A DNA stretch of 23,118 nt, taken from an uncultured bacterium (GTDB lineage: Bacteria; Krumholzibacteriota; Krumholzibacteriia; Krumholzibacteriales; Krumholzibacteriaceae). Shown here in pieces: positions 1 through 8,887 of this stretch. The position numbers and the translations under genes are program-made. Where the stretch lies: contig CBDUYR010000043.1 in the NCBI GenBank assembly GCA_965371515.1, positions 1-23,118 on the forward strand, written 5' to 3'. Under the pieces are notes generated by a model that was not told where the DNA came from, did not search any database, and worked only from the letters and a program-made list of their open reading frames with translations. Each line of letters opens with the position of its first letter. Within the stretch, counting starts at the first letter, position 1.

Positions 1-164
1 ATGAAGCGTTTCCCGGCCTCCTCGTCACGGGTGAACTCCCGGGGAAGAAACTTGAGCGCTACGGTGCGGCCCAGCTTCGTATCCTCCGCCCTGTAGACGA
101 CGCCCATCCCGCCCCGGCCGAGCTCCTCGACGATCCGGTAATGTGAAATCGATTTGCCTATCAT
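1..164 (-). CDS. Hanks-type serine/threonine protein kinase, N-terminal part (runs off the window edge)
   Basis: Not in the ORF track. Manual translation of the reverse complement from ATG at 164 gives [54 protein letters not shown], with the Gly-rich loop [10 protein letters not shown] and the VALK catalytic lysine. Confidence 0.93.
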   Translation of the reverse strand, partial: MIGKSISHYRIVEELGRGGMGVVYRAEDTKLGRTVALKFLPREFTRDEEAGKRF

Positions 165-313
165 TCTGAATATGTCCCCGAATTTAAGAGCCTGTATTTA
201 TTATATACGAACAGAGATATGAAGTAGATACAATATTATCCGGATTGCTCCTGCCGTTCGGCCCCGGTATAGCGCAGTTCACCCGTAAAATCCGACCGTT
301 CGCTGTTTTCGGC

Positions 314-341
314 TTGTAGCAATCCTATATCACCATAGTAT
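314..341 (+). promoter_or_regulatory. Possible sigma70-type promoter for the dehydratase-activator operon
   Basis: TTGTAG (314-319) N16 TAGTAT (336-341) in the AT-rich divergent intergenic region 165-445; imperfect match. Confidence 0.3.
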
Positions 342-445
342 TTACCCTGATTATTAATGGGGCTGTAATACGAAAACAACATCTATGCTTATCTGATATG
401 GTGCGGCCCGGCACCGGGCAGCTGAGTTCGCGGAGGGAATATCGA

Positions 446-3400
446 ATGGGAATCACTCTCGGAATAGACGTTGGAACGGTCAGCACGAAGTGCGCCCTCT
501 TCGGGGCGCGCGAGCGGCTCAGGGAAATCGCCGACTCGGGTGACGCGGTCTGCAGCGTCTTCGATTACGCGCCCGAGCCCGGCAAGGCCGTGGCCGTCTC
601 AGGTTACAGCCGCATACAGGGCAGGCCGATCGATGCCGTGATCGAGCAGATCAACGGCATTACTTCCATGCTCGAGCCGGGCGAGCTGAAGAGCGTGATG
701 ATCACAGGATCAGCCGGTAAGCTCGTCGGTGAACTCCTCGGCATACCTGTCGAGAACGAGTTCAAGGCGGCCGCCACGGGCATCGGGAGGTTATATCCCG
801 ACGTGGAAAACATCTTCGAGATGGGCGGCGAGAACTCGAAGTTCATCCGCGTCTCGTGCGAGGGGGATGCCACCGGGATCGTCGACTACGAGACGAACGG
901 CGACTGCGCCGCCGGCACCGGATCGTTCATGGACCAGCAGTCGAGCAGGTTGAGGTTCGGGATCGAAGAGGTGGGCGACCTTGTCCTCTCGACCGACCGA
1001 TCGCCGAAGATCGCCGGCCGCTGCAGCGTATTCGCCAAGTCGGACATGATCCACGCCCAGCAGAAGGGATACAAGCCCGAAGAGGTTCTCAAAGGGCTCT
1101 GCGAGGCGGTGGCGAGAAACTTCAAGAGCAATATCGTAAAGGGCAAGGATGTTCACGGCAGGACCGCCTTCATCGGGGGTGTCGCTCTCAATAAGGGCGT
1201 CGCGAGCGCAGTGCGCGAGGTCTTCGAGCTGAACGAGAACGACTTCTTCGTCCCCGAGGAAGGAGTCTACGCCGGCGCGATCGGCGCGGCTATCATCGCC
1301 TTGGGCAACGGCGACGGTTTCAACGAGGGAGAGTTCCTCCGCGTTCTCGATAACGGCGGAAAATCGCTCGGCAAGTCGTTCCCATCGTGGAATGTCCTCA
1401 CCCGGGACAAGGTCAGCTTTCTGCGTGACCGTGTGAAGGAATACTCGTTCGAGGGCAGGACTCTGCCCATCGACGCCTACCTCGGCGTCGATATCGGCTC
1501 GGTCAGCACCAACCTCGTTCTCGTCGACGACAACGGCGACATGATAAAGGAGATCTACCTGCGCACGCAGGCGCGCCCGATAGAGGTCGTTAGCAACGGG
1601 CTCCATGAGCTCCGCGACGAGCTCGGCGACATTGTGCGCATCAGGGGTGTCGGCACGACAGGTTCGGGAAGAGAGCTCGTTGGCGAGCTGATTGGCGCCG
1701 ACACGATAAACGACGAGATCACCGCCCACAAGACCGGCGCTACCTTCATCGGCGACCGGCTGCTCCAGCAGAAGGTCGACACGATATTCGAGATCGGCGG
1801 GCAGGATTCCAAATACATCAGAATAGAAGAGGGGATCGTCACAGACTTCACGATGAACGAGGCATGCGCCGCCGGCACAGGCTCGTTTCTCGAGGAGCAG
1901 GCGGAGAAACTCGATATCAACATCATCGATGAGTTCGCAGAGAAGGCGTTCGCCTCGGACAAGCCGCTGCGCCTCGGCGAGAGGTGTACCGTATATATGG
2001 AGCAGGACGTCTCGGCATACATGAAGCGCGGGGCGGAGAAGGACGACATCATAGCGGGGCTGGCCTACTCTGTCGTGCAGAACTACCTCAACAGGGTCGT
2101 TCGCGGCCGGCGCATAGGCAACGTGATCTTCTTCCAGGGCGGAACGGCTTACAACGACGCCGTTGCCGCCGCCTTCAGCGAGGTCCTCGGGCGCGAGATC
2201 ATCGTCCCGCCGCACAACGGTGTCATCGGCGCAGTCGGCGCTGCGCTGCTGGCGAAAGACAAGGTCAATTCTCTCGAACTGCAGACGACTTTCCGCGGCT
2301 ACGAGATAGAAAACATCGACTACAGTATCCGCGAGTTCACCTGCAAGGGGTGCACGAACTACTGCGACATCCAGGAGTTCACCGTCGAGGGCGAACGCAC
2401 CTACTGGGGAGACAAGTGCAGCGACAAGTACCGCAAGCGTGCCAAGGTGCCGAAGAAACCGGTCATCCCCGATCTCATGGCGATATACGACGAGCTCCTC
2501 GAGCGCGACTACCTTCCCGAGGCAGCCGCCGCTGCAGGGCTCGATCTGCCCGTCGCGACGGGCTCGTACCGGATAGGCTATCCCCGTGCGATGTACTTCT
2601 TCGACCGTTACCCCTTCTGGAGCACCTACCTGCGGGCGATGGGGATCGAGGTCGTCACCTCGAAGGCGACTAACAAAAGAATAGCCCACCAGGGTGTCGA
2701 GGCGGTCGTCTCCGAGCCATGCTTTCCGATCCAGGTGGCGCACGGCCACGTCGAGTCGCTCCTCGAGGAGGAAGGCCTCGACAGCATTCTCATACCGAAC
2801 GTGATCGACGCGGAGACCGATATCCCCGAGGTCAACTCGTACGTCTGCCCGTGGGGACAGACCTTGCCCTTTGTCATAAGGAGCATGCCCTCGCTGCGCG
2901 GCCGCGAGGATTTCATCTCGGCGCCGCTCGTCCATTTCCGTGAGGGCGAGAAATATGTCGAGAAGGAACTGCGCGGATTCGCCGCGAAATTCGGAATCGG
3001 TACGCGTTATCACAAGAAGGCAGTGAAAGCGGCTTACGAGGCGCAGAGGATATTCCGCGAGGCTGTGCACGAGGAGGGGGCGAAGGCTCTCAAGATCCTC
3101 GAGGAGACGGGCGAGCAGGGAATCATCCTCGTCGGGCGTCCCTACAACATCGTCGACCGCGAGGTCAACCTCAACGTCCCCGGCAAGCTGCGAGACTACT
3201 ACGGCGCCAACGTCGTGCCGATCTATTTCATCGATCTCGACGGGATCGGCATTCGCGACCTCGGCGCCAACATGTTCTGGAACTACGGCAGGAAGATCCT
3301 CCAGGCCGCGCGGTATGCGGCTCAAAGAGAGAGCCTGCACATGATATACATAACGAACTTCAAGTGCGGACCCGATTCATACGTGAAGCACTTCACGGGC

Positions 3401-3616
3401 AAGGCGGCGGTCCGACCCTATCTTACGCTTCAGTTCGATGCGCATGGCAACGACGCTGGCATAATGACGCGCTGCGAGGCATATCTCGACAGCAAAGGAG
3501 TCCTCAGATGGTGGAAAACAAAAGAAACCCCCTCGCGGGAAGAACTCTCTACGTCCCGAGAATGTCTTCCGGAGGAGCAGAGGCGTTCTCTTCGGCCTTC
3601 AGGTACATCGGGATAG
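446..3616 (+). CDS. 2-hydroxyacyl-CoA dehydratase activator-like protein: two tandem BadF/BadG/BcrA/BcrD (ASKHA) ATPase domains plus a DUF2229-type CoA enzyme activase domain
   Basis: Start moved to ATG 446, after SD GGAGGG (432-437). Two repeats of GIDVGTVS/GVDIGSVS, FEMGGENSK/FEIGGQDSK, CAAGTGSF and RCSVF/RCTVY (Fe-S Cys motifs of HgdC-like activators). C-terminal EPCFPIQVAHGH, YVCPW, GRPYN, NFKCGPD, TRCEAY. Confidence 0.9.
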   Translation: MGITLGIDVGTVSTKCALFGARERLREIADSGDAVCSVFDYAPEPGKAVAVSGYSRIQGRPIDAVIEQINGITSMLEPGELKSVMITGSAGKLVGELLGIPVENEFKAAATGIGRLYPDVENIFEMGGENSKFIRVSCEGDATGIVDYETNGDCAAGTGSFMDQQSSRLRFGIEEVGDLVLSTDRSPKIAGRCSVFAKSDMIHAQQKGYKPEEVLKGLCEAVARNFKSNIVKGKDVHGRTAFIGGVALNKGVASAVREVFELNENDFFVPEEGVYAGAIGAAIIALGNGDGFNEGEFLRVLDNGGKSLGKSFPSWNVLTRDKVSFLRDRVKEYSFEGRTLPIDAYLGVDIGSVSTNLVLVDDNGDMIKEIYLRTQARPIEVVSNGLHELRDELGDIVRIRGVGTTGSGRELVGELIGADTINDEITAHKTGATFIGDRLLQQKVDTIFEIGGQDSKYIRIEEGIVTDFTMNEACAAGTGSFLEEQAEKLDINIIDEFAEKAFASDKPLRLGERCTVYMEQDVSAYMKRGAEKDDIIAGLAYSVVQNYLNRVVRGRRIGNVIFFQGGTAYNDAVAAAFSEVLGREIIVPPHNGVIGAVGAALLAKDKVNSLELQTTFRGYEIENIDYSIREFTCKGCTNYCDIQEFTVEGERTYWGDKCSDKYRKRAKVPKKPVIPDLMAIYDELLERDYLPEAAAAAGLDLPVATGSYRIGYPRAMYFFDRYPFWSTYLRAMGIEVVTSKATNKRIAHQGVEAVVSEPCFPIQVAHGHVESLLEEEGLDSILIPNVIDAETDIPEVNSYVCPWGQTLPFVIRSMPSLRGREDFISAPLVHFREGEKYVEKELRGFAAKFGIGTRYHKKAVKAAYEAQRIFREAVHEEGAKALKILEETGEQGIILVGRPYNIVDREVNLNVPGKLRDYYGANVVPIYFIDLDGIGIRDLGANMFWNYGRKILQAARYAAQRESLHMIYITNFKCGPDSYVKHFTGKAAVRPYLTLQFDAHGNDAGIMTRCEAYLDSKGVLRWWKTKETPSREELSTSRECLPEEQRRSLRPSGTSG

Positions 3617-4785
3617 ATACGCAGCCCACGCCGGAGGGTGACGAGAAGACATATGAGTACGCGGGAAAGTGCACCTCGGGCGACGAGTGTCTCCCCGCGC
3701 GCGTCACGATCGGCAACCTGCTCCGCGTCATCGAGCAGCCGGGGTTCGACCCGTCGAAGACTGCATTCTTCATGCCGACCGCCGGCGGCCCCTGCCGTTT
3801 CGGGCAGTACTCGCCATTTACCCAGCAGGTGATGGAAGAGATGGGGCACGGAGAGGTCCTGATAGTCTCGCCGACGAGCGCCGACGGGTACGCGAGTCTC
3901 GGTGAGAACGCCGGCGATGTAGTCAAGCTCGGCTGGTGGGGGCTCGTGGCTAGCGACGCCTTCCGCAAGATGCTCCACATATACAGGCCGTACGAGACCC
4001 GGCCGGGCGCCGCCGACGAAGCGCACGCGAGATCCCTGAAACTCTTCTGCGATACCATGGCCGACAGGTCCGAGCCTATCGGAAGGAAGCTCGATTCGCT
4101 CGTCGGTGCTATGGAAGGGGCGAGGGACATCTTCCGCGCCGTGCCGGTCGATTTCGATAAAGACGTAATGCTGGTCGGAGTGGTCGGCGAGATCTTCTGC
4201 CGCCTCAGCACGTTCAGCAACGAGGATCTGATCAGGCGGCTAGAGCCGTTCGGCGCCCAGGCGTGGCTTTCGGACATCACCGAGTGGGTCCACTACACAG
4301 ACAGCGATAACGTCAGGAACCTCAAGAGGCTGGGAAAGACCTTTACGATGGACATGCTCGGCGCGATGATCAAGCGGCACTTTCAGCATGGATACGAGAG
4401 GAAGCTGCTCGCGCCGCTGCAGAACGAGTTCGTCGGCGTCGAGGAGCCTCACGACGTGAAAGAGGTCCTCGACCTGGCCGCACCCTACCTGCCGGTGGAA
4501 GGCTCTCACGGCGAAATGGTCCTGAGCGTCGGCAAGTCGATCTACATGCACGGGAAGGGCGCGGACGGCATCATCGACATCAGTCCGTTTACCTGCATGA
4601 ACGGCATCGTCTCGGAGGCGATCTACCCGAGGGTCAGCGCCGACCACGAGAACATCCCCATCAGGAGCTTCTACTTCGACGGGACTCAGACCGACCTCGA
4701 GAACGATCTCGGGATTTTCATGGAACTCGTCCGCAATTATAATCGTAAGAAAACAAGGAAGCGGATCAGGCGAAAGGTGGCCTGA
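3508..4785 (+). CDS. 2-hydroxyacyl-CoA dehydratase (HgdAB/D-component)-like subunit, partner of the upstream activator
   Basis: ATG 3508 preceded by SD AAAGGAG (3494-3500). Motifs SGDECLP, MPTAGGPCRFGQY, VGVVGEIF and SPFTCMNG are typical of the C-terminal module of CoA-activase/dehydratase proteins. Confidence 0.8.
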   Translation: MVENKRNPLAGRTLYVPRMSSGGAEAFSSAFRYIGIDTQPTPEGDEKTYEYAGKCTSGDECLPARVTIGNLLRVIEQPGFDPSKTAFFMPTAGGPCRFGQYSPFTQQVMEEMGHGEVLIVSPTSADGYASLGENAGDVVKLGWWGLVASDAFRKMLHIYRPYETRPGAADEAHARSLKLFCDTMADRSEPIGRKLDSLVGAMEGARDIFRAVPVDFDKDVMLVGVVGEIFCRLSTFSNEDLIRRLEPFGAQAWLSDITEWVHYTDSDNVRNLKRLGKTFTMDMLGAMIKRHFQHGYERKLLAPLQNEFVGVEEPHDVKEVLDLAAPYLPVEGSHGEMVLSVGKSIYMHGKGADGIIDISPFTCMNGIVSEAIYPRVSADHENIPIRSFYFDGTQTDLENDLGIFMELVRNYNRKKTRKRIRRKVA

Positions 4786-4828
4786 CGCCTCGCTTTTCGT
4801 TATCTTTCGCATATACCGGCTGCCGCGG

Positions 4829-4849
4829 GGGCAGGTCCGGGCAGGTCCG
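4829..4849 (+). repeat. 10-bp tandem direct repeat GGGCAGGTCC x2
   Basis: GGGCAGGTCC at 4829-4838 and 4839-4848, just upstream of the SD of the M16 gene. Confidence 0.6.
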
Positions 4850-4871
4850 TTTCAATCGCACAGGAGGAAAA

Positions 4872-6209
4872 ATGAAGAGAAGGATGCCGGCGGTCGCTCT
4901 GATCGCCATGCTGTTCGTTCTTTCCGCTGCGGTATCCGCGACCGCCGGCGATATTATCGAGGTGGCTATCGACGCCACCGTGGAAACTCTCGACAACGGC
5001 CTCAAGGTGATCCTCGTCGAGGATCACTCCGTGCCCGTCATCAGCTACCAGACATTCTTCCGCGTGGGGGCGCGCAACGAGCGCGCAGGTATCACGGGGA
5101 TCTCGCATTTCATGGAACACATGATGTTCAACGGCGCCGACAAGTACGGCCCGAAGGAGTTCGATGCCGTCCTCGAGGCGAACGGCGGGTACTCGAACGC
5201 CTTCACCTCGGACGATATGACCGCATACTACGAGGATGTATCGAGCGACGGGCTCGAACTCTGCGTCGACCTCGACTCGGACAGGATGAAATCGCTCGCG
5301 CTCGACCCGAAGTTCATCGTCAGTGAGATGGATGTAGTCAAGGAGGAGCGCCGCCTGAGGATCGACAACTCGGTTCAGGGGCAGATGTGGGAGGACCTCG
5401 ACGCCCTCGCGTTCAAGGCCCATCCGTACAAGTGGCCTGTCATCGGCTGGATGTCCGATCTCGAGGCGATAGACCGCGACGACTGCGTCGAGTACTTCAG
5501 GATGTTTTACGCTCCCAACAACGCGATCCTCATCGTCGCCGGCGACTTCGACACGAAGAAGACGATGAAGCTGATACACGAATACTACGATGACATACCG
5601 GCCCAGGAGGAGCCGAAGGGTGTCCGTACCGTCGAGCCGGAGCAGATGGGCGAGCGCCGTGGAGAAGTGCACAGGAAGGCGGAGCTGCCCGCCGTGATGA
5701 TCGCCTATCACGCTCCCGACATCGGGAGCGACGAGATATACGCGCTCGATGTCCTCCAGAAGATCCTCACAGGCGGCAGGAGCTCCAGGCTCTACCGAGA
5801 GCTCGTCCGCGAGACCGGAGTCGCGATGTCGGTGCAGTCCTCCTTCCCGTGGAGGATCGACCCGTATCTCTTCTCGTTCAACATCAAGATGAAGCCGGGC
5901 CATGAGACGGCCGAGGCCGAGCAGCTCGTCCACGCTGCGCTGACCGACGTCGCCGAGAACGGAGTCCTCGATGAGGAGCTCGCGCGGGCAAAGAACGTCC
6001 TCGAGGCCGATTTCGTGAGGAGCATGCAGACGGTAAACGGCAGGGCGAGGAAGATCGGCAGGTACGAGATCCTCTTCGGCGACTACCGCGAGATCATGAA
6101 CGTGCCGGGCCGATACAGGGCCGTGACGAACGACGAGGTGCGCGAGGCGGCGAAGAAATATTTCTCGCGCAGGAACAGGACCGTGGTGACGCTGGTGCCC
6201 GAGGCATAG
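4872..6209 (+). CDS. M16B (pitrilysin/insulinase family) zinc peptidase, catalytic subunit, with signal peptide
   Basis: SD CAGGAGG; N-terminal signal peptide; TLDNGLKV; inverted zinc motif HFMEH (HxxEH); NAFTSDDMTAY; VKEERR; FYAPNNAILIVAGD. Confidence 0.93.
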   Translation: MKRRMPAVALIAMLFVLSAAVSATAGDIIEVAIDATVETLDNGLKVILVEDHSVPVISYQTFFRVGARNERAGITGISHFMEHMMFNGADKYGPKEFDAVLEANGGYSNAFTSDDMTAYYEDVSSDGLELCVDLDSDRMKSLALDPKFIVSEMDVVKEERRLRIDNSVQGQMWEDLDALAFKAHPYKWPVIGWMSDLEAIDRDDCVEYFRMFYAPNNAILIVAGDFDTKKTMKLIHEYYDDIPAQEEPKGVRTVEPEQMGERRGEVHRKAELPAVMIAYHAPDIGSDEIYALDVLQKILTGGRSSRLYRELVRETGVAMSVQSSFPWRIDPYLFSFNIKMKPGHETAEAEQLVHAALTDVAENGVLDEELARAKNVLEADFVRSMQTVNGRARKIGRYEILFGDYREIMNVPGRYRAVTNDEVREAAKKYFSRRNRTVVTLVPEA

Positions 6210-6221
6210 GAGGGTCATACT

Positions 6222-7616
6222 ATGAGACGGATATTATCAGTACTGATCGCGGCGGCCGTGATCGCCGCCTCCGTGCCCGTTACGGCGGGCGCCAGGGACG
6301 TCAAGCTCCCCGACTACGAGGAGTACGTCATGAAGAACGGGCTGAAGGTCTTCGTCGTCGAGACGACCGAGGTCCCGCTCGTGACGATGAGGCTCCTGGT
6401 CCCCGCCGGCTCGTACAACGACGAACCGGGCAGCGAGGGTCTGGCCGGTATGACCGCCAGGCTCCTGCTCAAGGGCGCCGGCGGCATGGGCGCAGACGAG
6501 ATCTCTTCGTCGGTCGAGGGAGTCGGCGGCAGGCTCGAAGCCTGGTCCGGACGTGATTACGCTATTGTAACGGGCGATTTCCTCTCCCGCGATTTCGAAC
6601 TCGGACTCGATTATCTCGCCCGCATCGTGACGAAACCCGATTTTCCCGCCGACGAGTTCGAGCGCGAGAAGTCGATTGTTCTCGCTGAGGCGATGAGCGT
6701 GAAGGAAAATCCCTACTCGCTGGCGAACAGGGAGTTTTTCAAGCTTCTTCTTGCCCCGCATCCGTACGGCAACCCGGTCGCCGGCTACCCGGCGAGCGTA
6801 AGGGAGATGACGCGCGATGACGTCGTTGGTTTCCACAGGAGCCGCTACGTGCCCGGGGGCGCCGTACTCGCCGTTGTCGGCGACGTCGACGCCGGAAGGG
6901 CCAGGAAGCTCATAGAGAAAAAACTAGGAGGCTGGAAGGGCTCCGCCCCCGAGGACAGCCGTATCGCCGTCCTCGAGAAGCAGCCGGCGAAGACCCGCAG
7001 GGTGATCGTCATCGACAAGCCCGACCTCACGCAGAGCCAGATCAGGATCGGGAATATCGCCGTCGGCAAGAACACGCCCGACTATTTCGAGCTGAAAGTC
7101 GCGAACAGCGTGCTCGGCGGAGGATTCACGTCGAGGCTGATGGACGAGATCAGGGTCAACAGGGGCCTCTCGTACGGAGCGAGGAGCGTGCTCGGCCAGT
7201 ACCGCCACGGAGGTTTCTTCGGCGTCTTCACCTACACGAAGAACGCCACCCTGAGAGAGACGATCGACGTTGCCCTCGAGCAGATCGAGCTGATCCGCGA
7301 CGAGAAGATAAGCGACGAGGAGCTCGCGGGGAACAGGCGCTACATATCGGGCCTCTTCCCCTTCGACATAGAGACGAACTCCGACATCGCGCAGTGGATA
7401 ACTGACCTCGAGTTCCATGATCTCGGCGGTGATTTCATCGAGAAGTACCGCAGCAGGATAGGAGCGGTCTCTTCAGACGGCGTCATGCGTGTAGCGAAGG
7501 AGCATTTCGGCTACGATGGGAACATCATCGTCGTGATGACGAACTACGAGGAGACGAAGGACCAGCTCGAAGGCCTCGGAGAGATAGAGGTCATCTCGAT
7601 CACGGAGATCGAGTAG
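6222..7616 (+). CDS. M16B peptidase, non-catalytic partner subunit, with signal peptide
   Basis: SD AGGAGGG; signal peptide; NGLKV; HxxEH absent (GLAGMTARLL instead); C-terminal LGGGFTSRLMDEIRVNRGLSY carrying the conserved R/Y pair. Confidence 0.9.
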   Translation: MRRILSVLIAAAVIAASVPVTAGARDVKLPDYEEYVMKNGLKVFVVETTEVPLVTMRLLVPAGSYNDEPGSEGLAGMTARLLLKGAGGMGADEISSSVEGVGGRLEAWSGRDYAIVTGDFLSRDFELGLDYLARIVTKPDFPADEFEREKSIVLAEAMSVKENPYSLANREFFKLLLAPHPYGNPVAGYPASVREMTRDDVVGFHRSRYVPGGAVLAVVGDVDAGRARKLIEKKLGGWKGSAPEDSRIAVLEKQPAKTRRVIVIDKPDLTQSQIRIGNIAVGKNTPDYFELKVANSVLGGGFTSRLMDEIRVNRGLSYGARSVLGQYRHGGFFGVFTYTKNATLRETIDVALEQIELIRDEKISDEELAGNRRYISGLFPFDIETNSDIAQWITDLEFHDLGGDFIEKYRSRIGAVSSDGVMRVAKEHFGYDGNIIVVMTNYEETKDQLEGLGEIEVISITEIE

Positions 7617-8015
7617 TCAGCCGGCCGTCACGGTCCTGACATCGAACTCGGGCGGATCGAGCATCGTTTTCTTGACGGCGCAGAGGTCGACGGAGTGGAG
7701 GAGAGCCTTCTCGTACTTCTCGGGGAAGTCGGCAGGCAGCTCGATCTCGATTGTGACCCTCTTCACCCTGCCCGTCTCCGGATCGCGTTCATCGCGCTGG
7801 ATGACCTTTATATCACTTACCGGGATACCTCTCTTCTCGCAGAAGTACACGACGTAGATTCCCGCGCACGAAACGAGCGAGGTGAGGAACAGTGTAAAAG
7901 GCGCAGGGGCCGTTCCGTCGCCGCCGGCCATGATCGACTGGTCGGTCAGGACGGTGTGAGTTCCCGCCTGAGCACTGGTCAGTTTGTTTCCCGGGAAAGT
8001 TACTGTGATCTCCAT
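7617..8015 (-). CDS. OsmC/Ohr-family protein (YhfA-like)
   Basis: True start ATG 8015, because the ORF-track extension runs through the tRNA. TDQ...GGDGTAPAP..LFLTSLVSCAG and the second Cys in DLCAVKKT. Confidence 0.88.
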   Translation of the reverse strand: MEITVTFPGNKLTSAQAGTHTVLTDQSIMAGGDGTAPAPFTLFLTSLVSCAGIYVVYFCEKRGIPVSDIKVIQRDERDPETGRVKRVTIEIELPADFPEKYEKALLHSVDLCAVKKTMLDPPEFDVRTVTAG

Positions 8016-8042
8016 CTTCTTCTCCCTGATATAAAGAAAAAA

Positions 8043-8126
8043 TGCCTGAGGGGGGAGTCGAACCCCCACAAGGTTACCCTCACTGCGCCCTGAACGCAGC
8101 GCGTCTACCAGTTCCGCCACTCAGGC
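8043..8126 (-). tRNA. tRNA-Leu (anticodon CAG), CCA not encoded
   Basis: Acceptor stem GCCTGAG/CTCAGGC plus A; D loop with TGGTAGA; anticodon arm CTGCG-TTCAGGG-CGCAG; long variable arm; T arm GGGGG-TTCGACT-CCCCC. Confidence 0.97.
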
Positions 8127-8145
8127 ATCTTCTTTGCAGGTAAGT

Positions 8146-8174
8146 ACAATAATTAACGCCGGATAGTTTGTCAA
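8146..8174 (-). promoter_or_regulatory. sigma70-type promoter for tRNA-Leu/osmC
   Basis: Minus strand TTGACA (8174-8169) N17 TATTGT (8151-8146), about 20 nt upstream of the tRNA. Confidence 0.7.
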
Positions 8175-8197
8175 GACCGCCCTGATGGCGTAGATTC

Positions 8198-8226
8198 TTG
8201 CACAATCGGGCGTGCGGGCGTACTAT
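8198..8226 (+). promoter_or_regulatory. sigma70-type promoter for the lipoprotein pair
   Basis: TTGCAC (8198-8203) N17 TACTAT (8221-8226), back-to-back with the tRNA promoter. Confidence 0.6.
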
Positions 8227-8269
8227 ATCGCCAGTTTTACTGTCAGCGGTCCTGATAAGGGAGGAAACG

Positions 8270-8869
8270 ATGTTCAGACTATCCGCAGCGATTCTGTGCC
8301 TGCTGCTTCTGGCAGGATGCGCGCCGAAGCAGACGTGGGATATCGATCTCGAGACAGATACGGCGGAGGACGCCGATTACTCGAGCGCCGATCTGCTGTC
8401 GATAAGCGACAATATGGTCGCCTCGATTCAGGCGAACGGTTTTTCCCAACATTACGCCGCTGCGCACAACGGCCAGAGGCCGGTCATGATCCTCGCGCGG
8501 GCGCTCGAGAACAACACCGACGAGCACATCGACACGAGGATGATCCTCGACAAGGTCCGTACCGCCCTGATCAAGAACGGAGTCGCTCAGTTCGTCGACG
8601 ACCAGGCCTTCGACCAGGCCCTCGACCAGCTCAACATGCAGGCGACCGATCTCTACGACGACAGGAAGGCCGCGCAGCTCGGCCGGTTCGTCGGAGCGCA
8701 TTACATCATGCGCGGATCGATCGGCAACATCCGTAAGACGGAAGGCAGGGAGACGAAGAACTACTTCCTCATCACGATGACGATCGTCGATATCGAGACC
8801 CTGCTGATCACCTGGATCGACGAAGTAGAGTTCAAGCGGGGCAGCACGAAGGGCTCGGTGCGCTGGTAG
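8270..8869 (+). CDS. LpoB-like (penicillin-binding protein activator / CsgG-related fold) lipoprotein
   Basis: ATG 8270 after SD AAGGGAGG; lipobox LLAGC; motifs LENNTDEHIDT, KVRTALIK, AAQLGRFVGAHYIMRGSI, YFLITMTIVDIET..ITW. Confidence 0.8.
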   Translation: MFRLSAAILCLLLLAGCAPKQTWDIDLETDTAEDADYSSADLLSISDNMVASIQANGFSQHYAAAHNGQRPVMILARALENNTDEHIDTRMILDKVRTALIKNGVAQFVDDQAFDQALDQLNMQATDLYDDRKAAQLGRFVGAHYIMRGSIGNIRKTEGRETKNYFLITMTIVDIETLLITWIDEVEFKRGSTKGSVRW

Positions 8870-8887
8870 AACCCGAAGGCTGATGAA

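Noticed and set aside
791..3340. 849-aa antisense ORF
   Set aside because: Shadow of the activator gene produced by high-GC codon bias; no recognisable motifs.
4766..4800. Rho-independent terminator after the dehydratase-like gene (TCAGGC/GCCTGA)
   Set aside because: Only a 6-bp stem overlapping the stop codon, with the U-tract displaced by about 8 nt.
8016..8120. N-terminal extension of the OsmC ORF, and the 22856-23116 minus ORF
   Set aside because: Both are translations of tRNA sequence.
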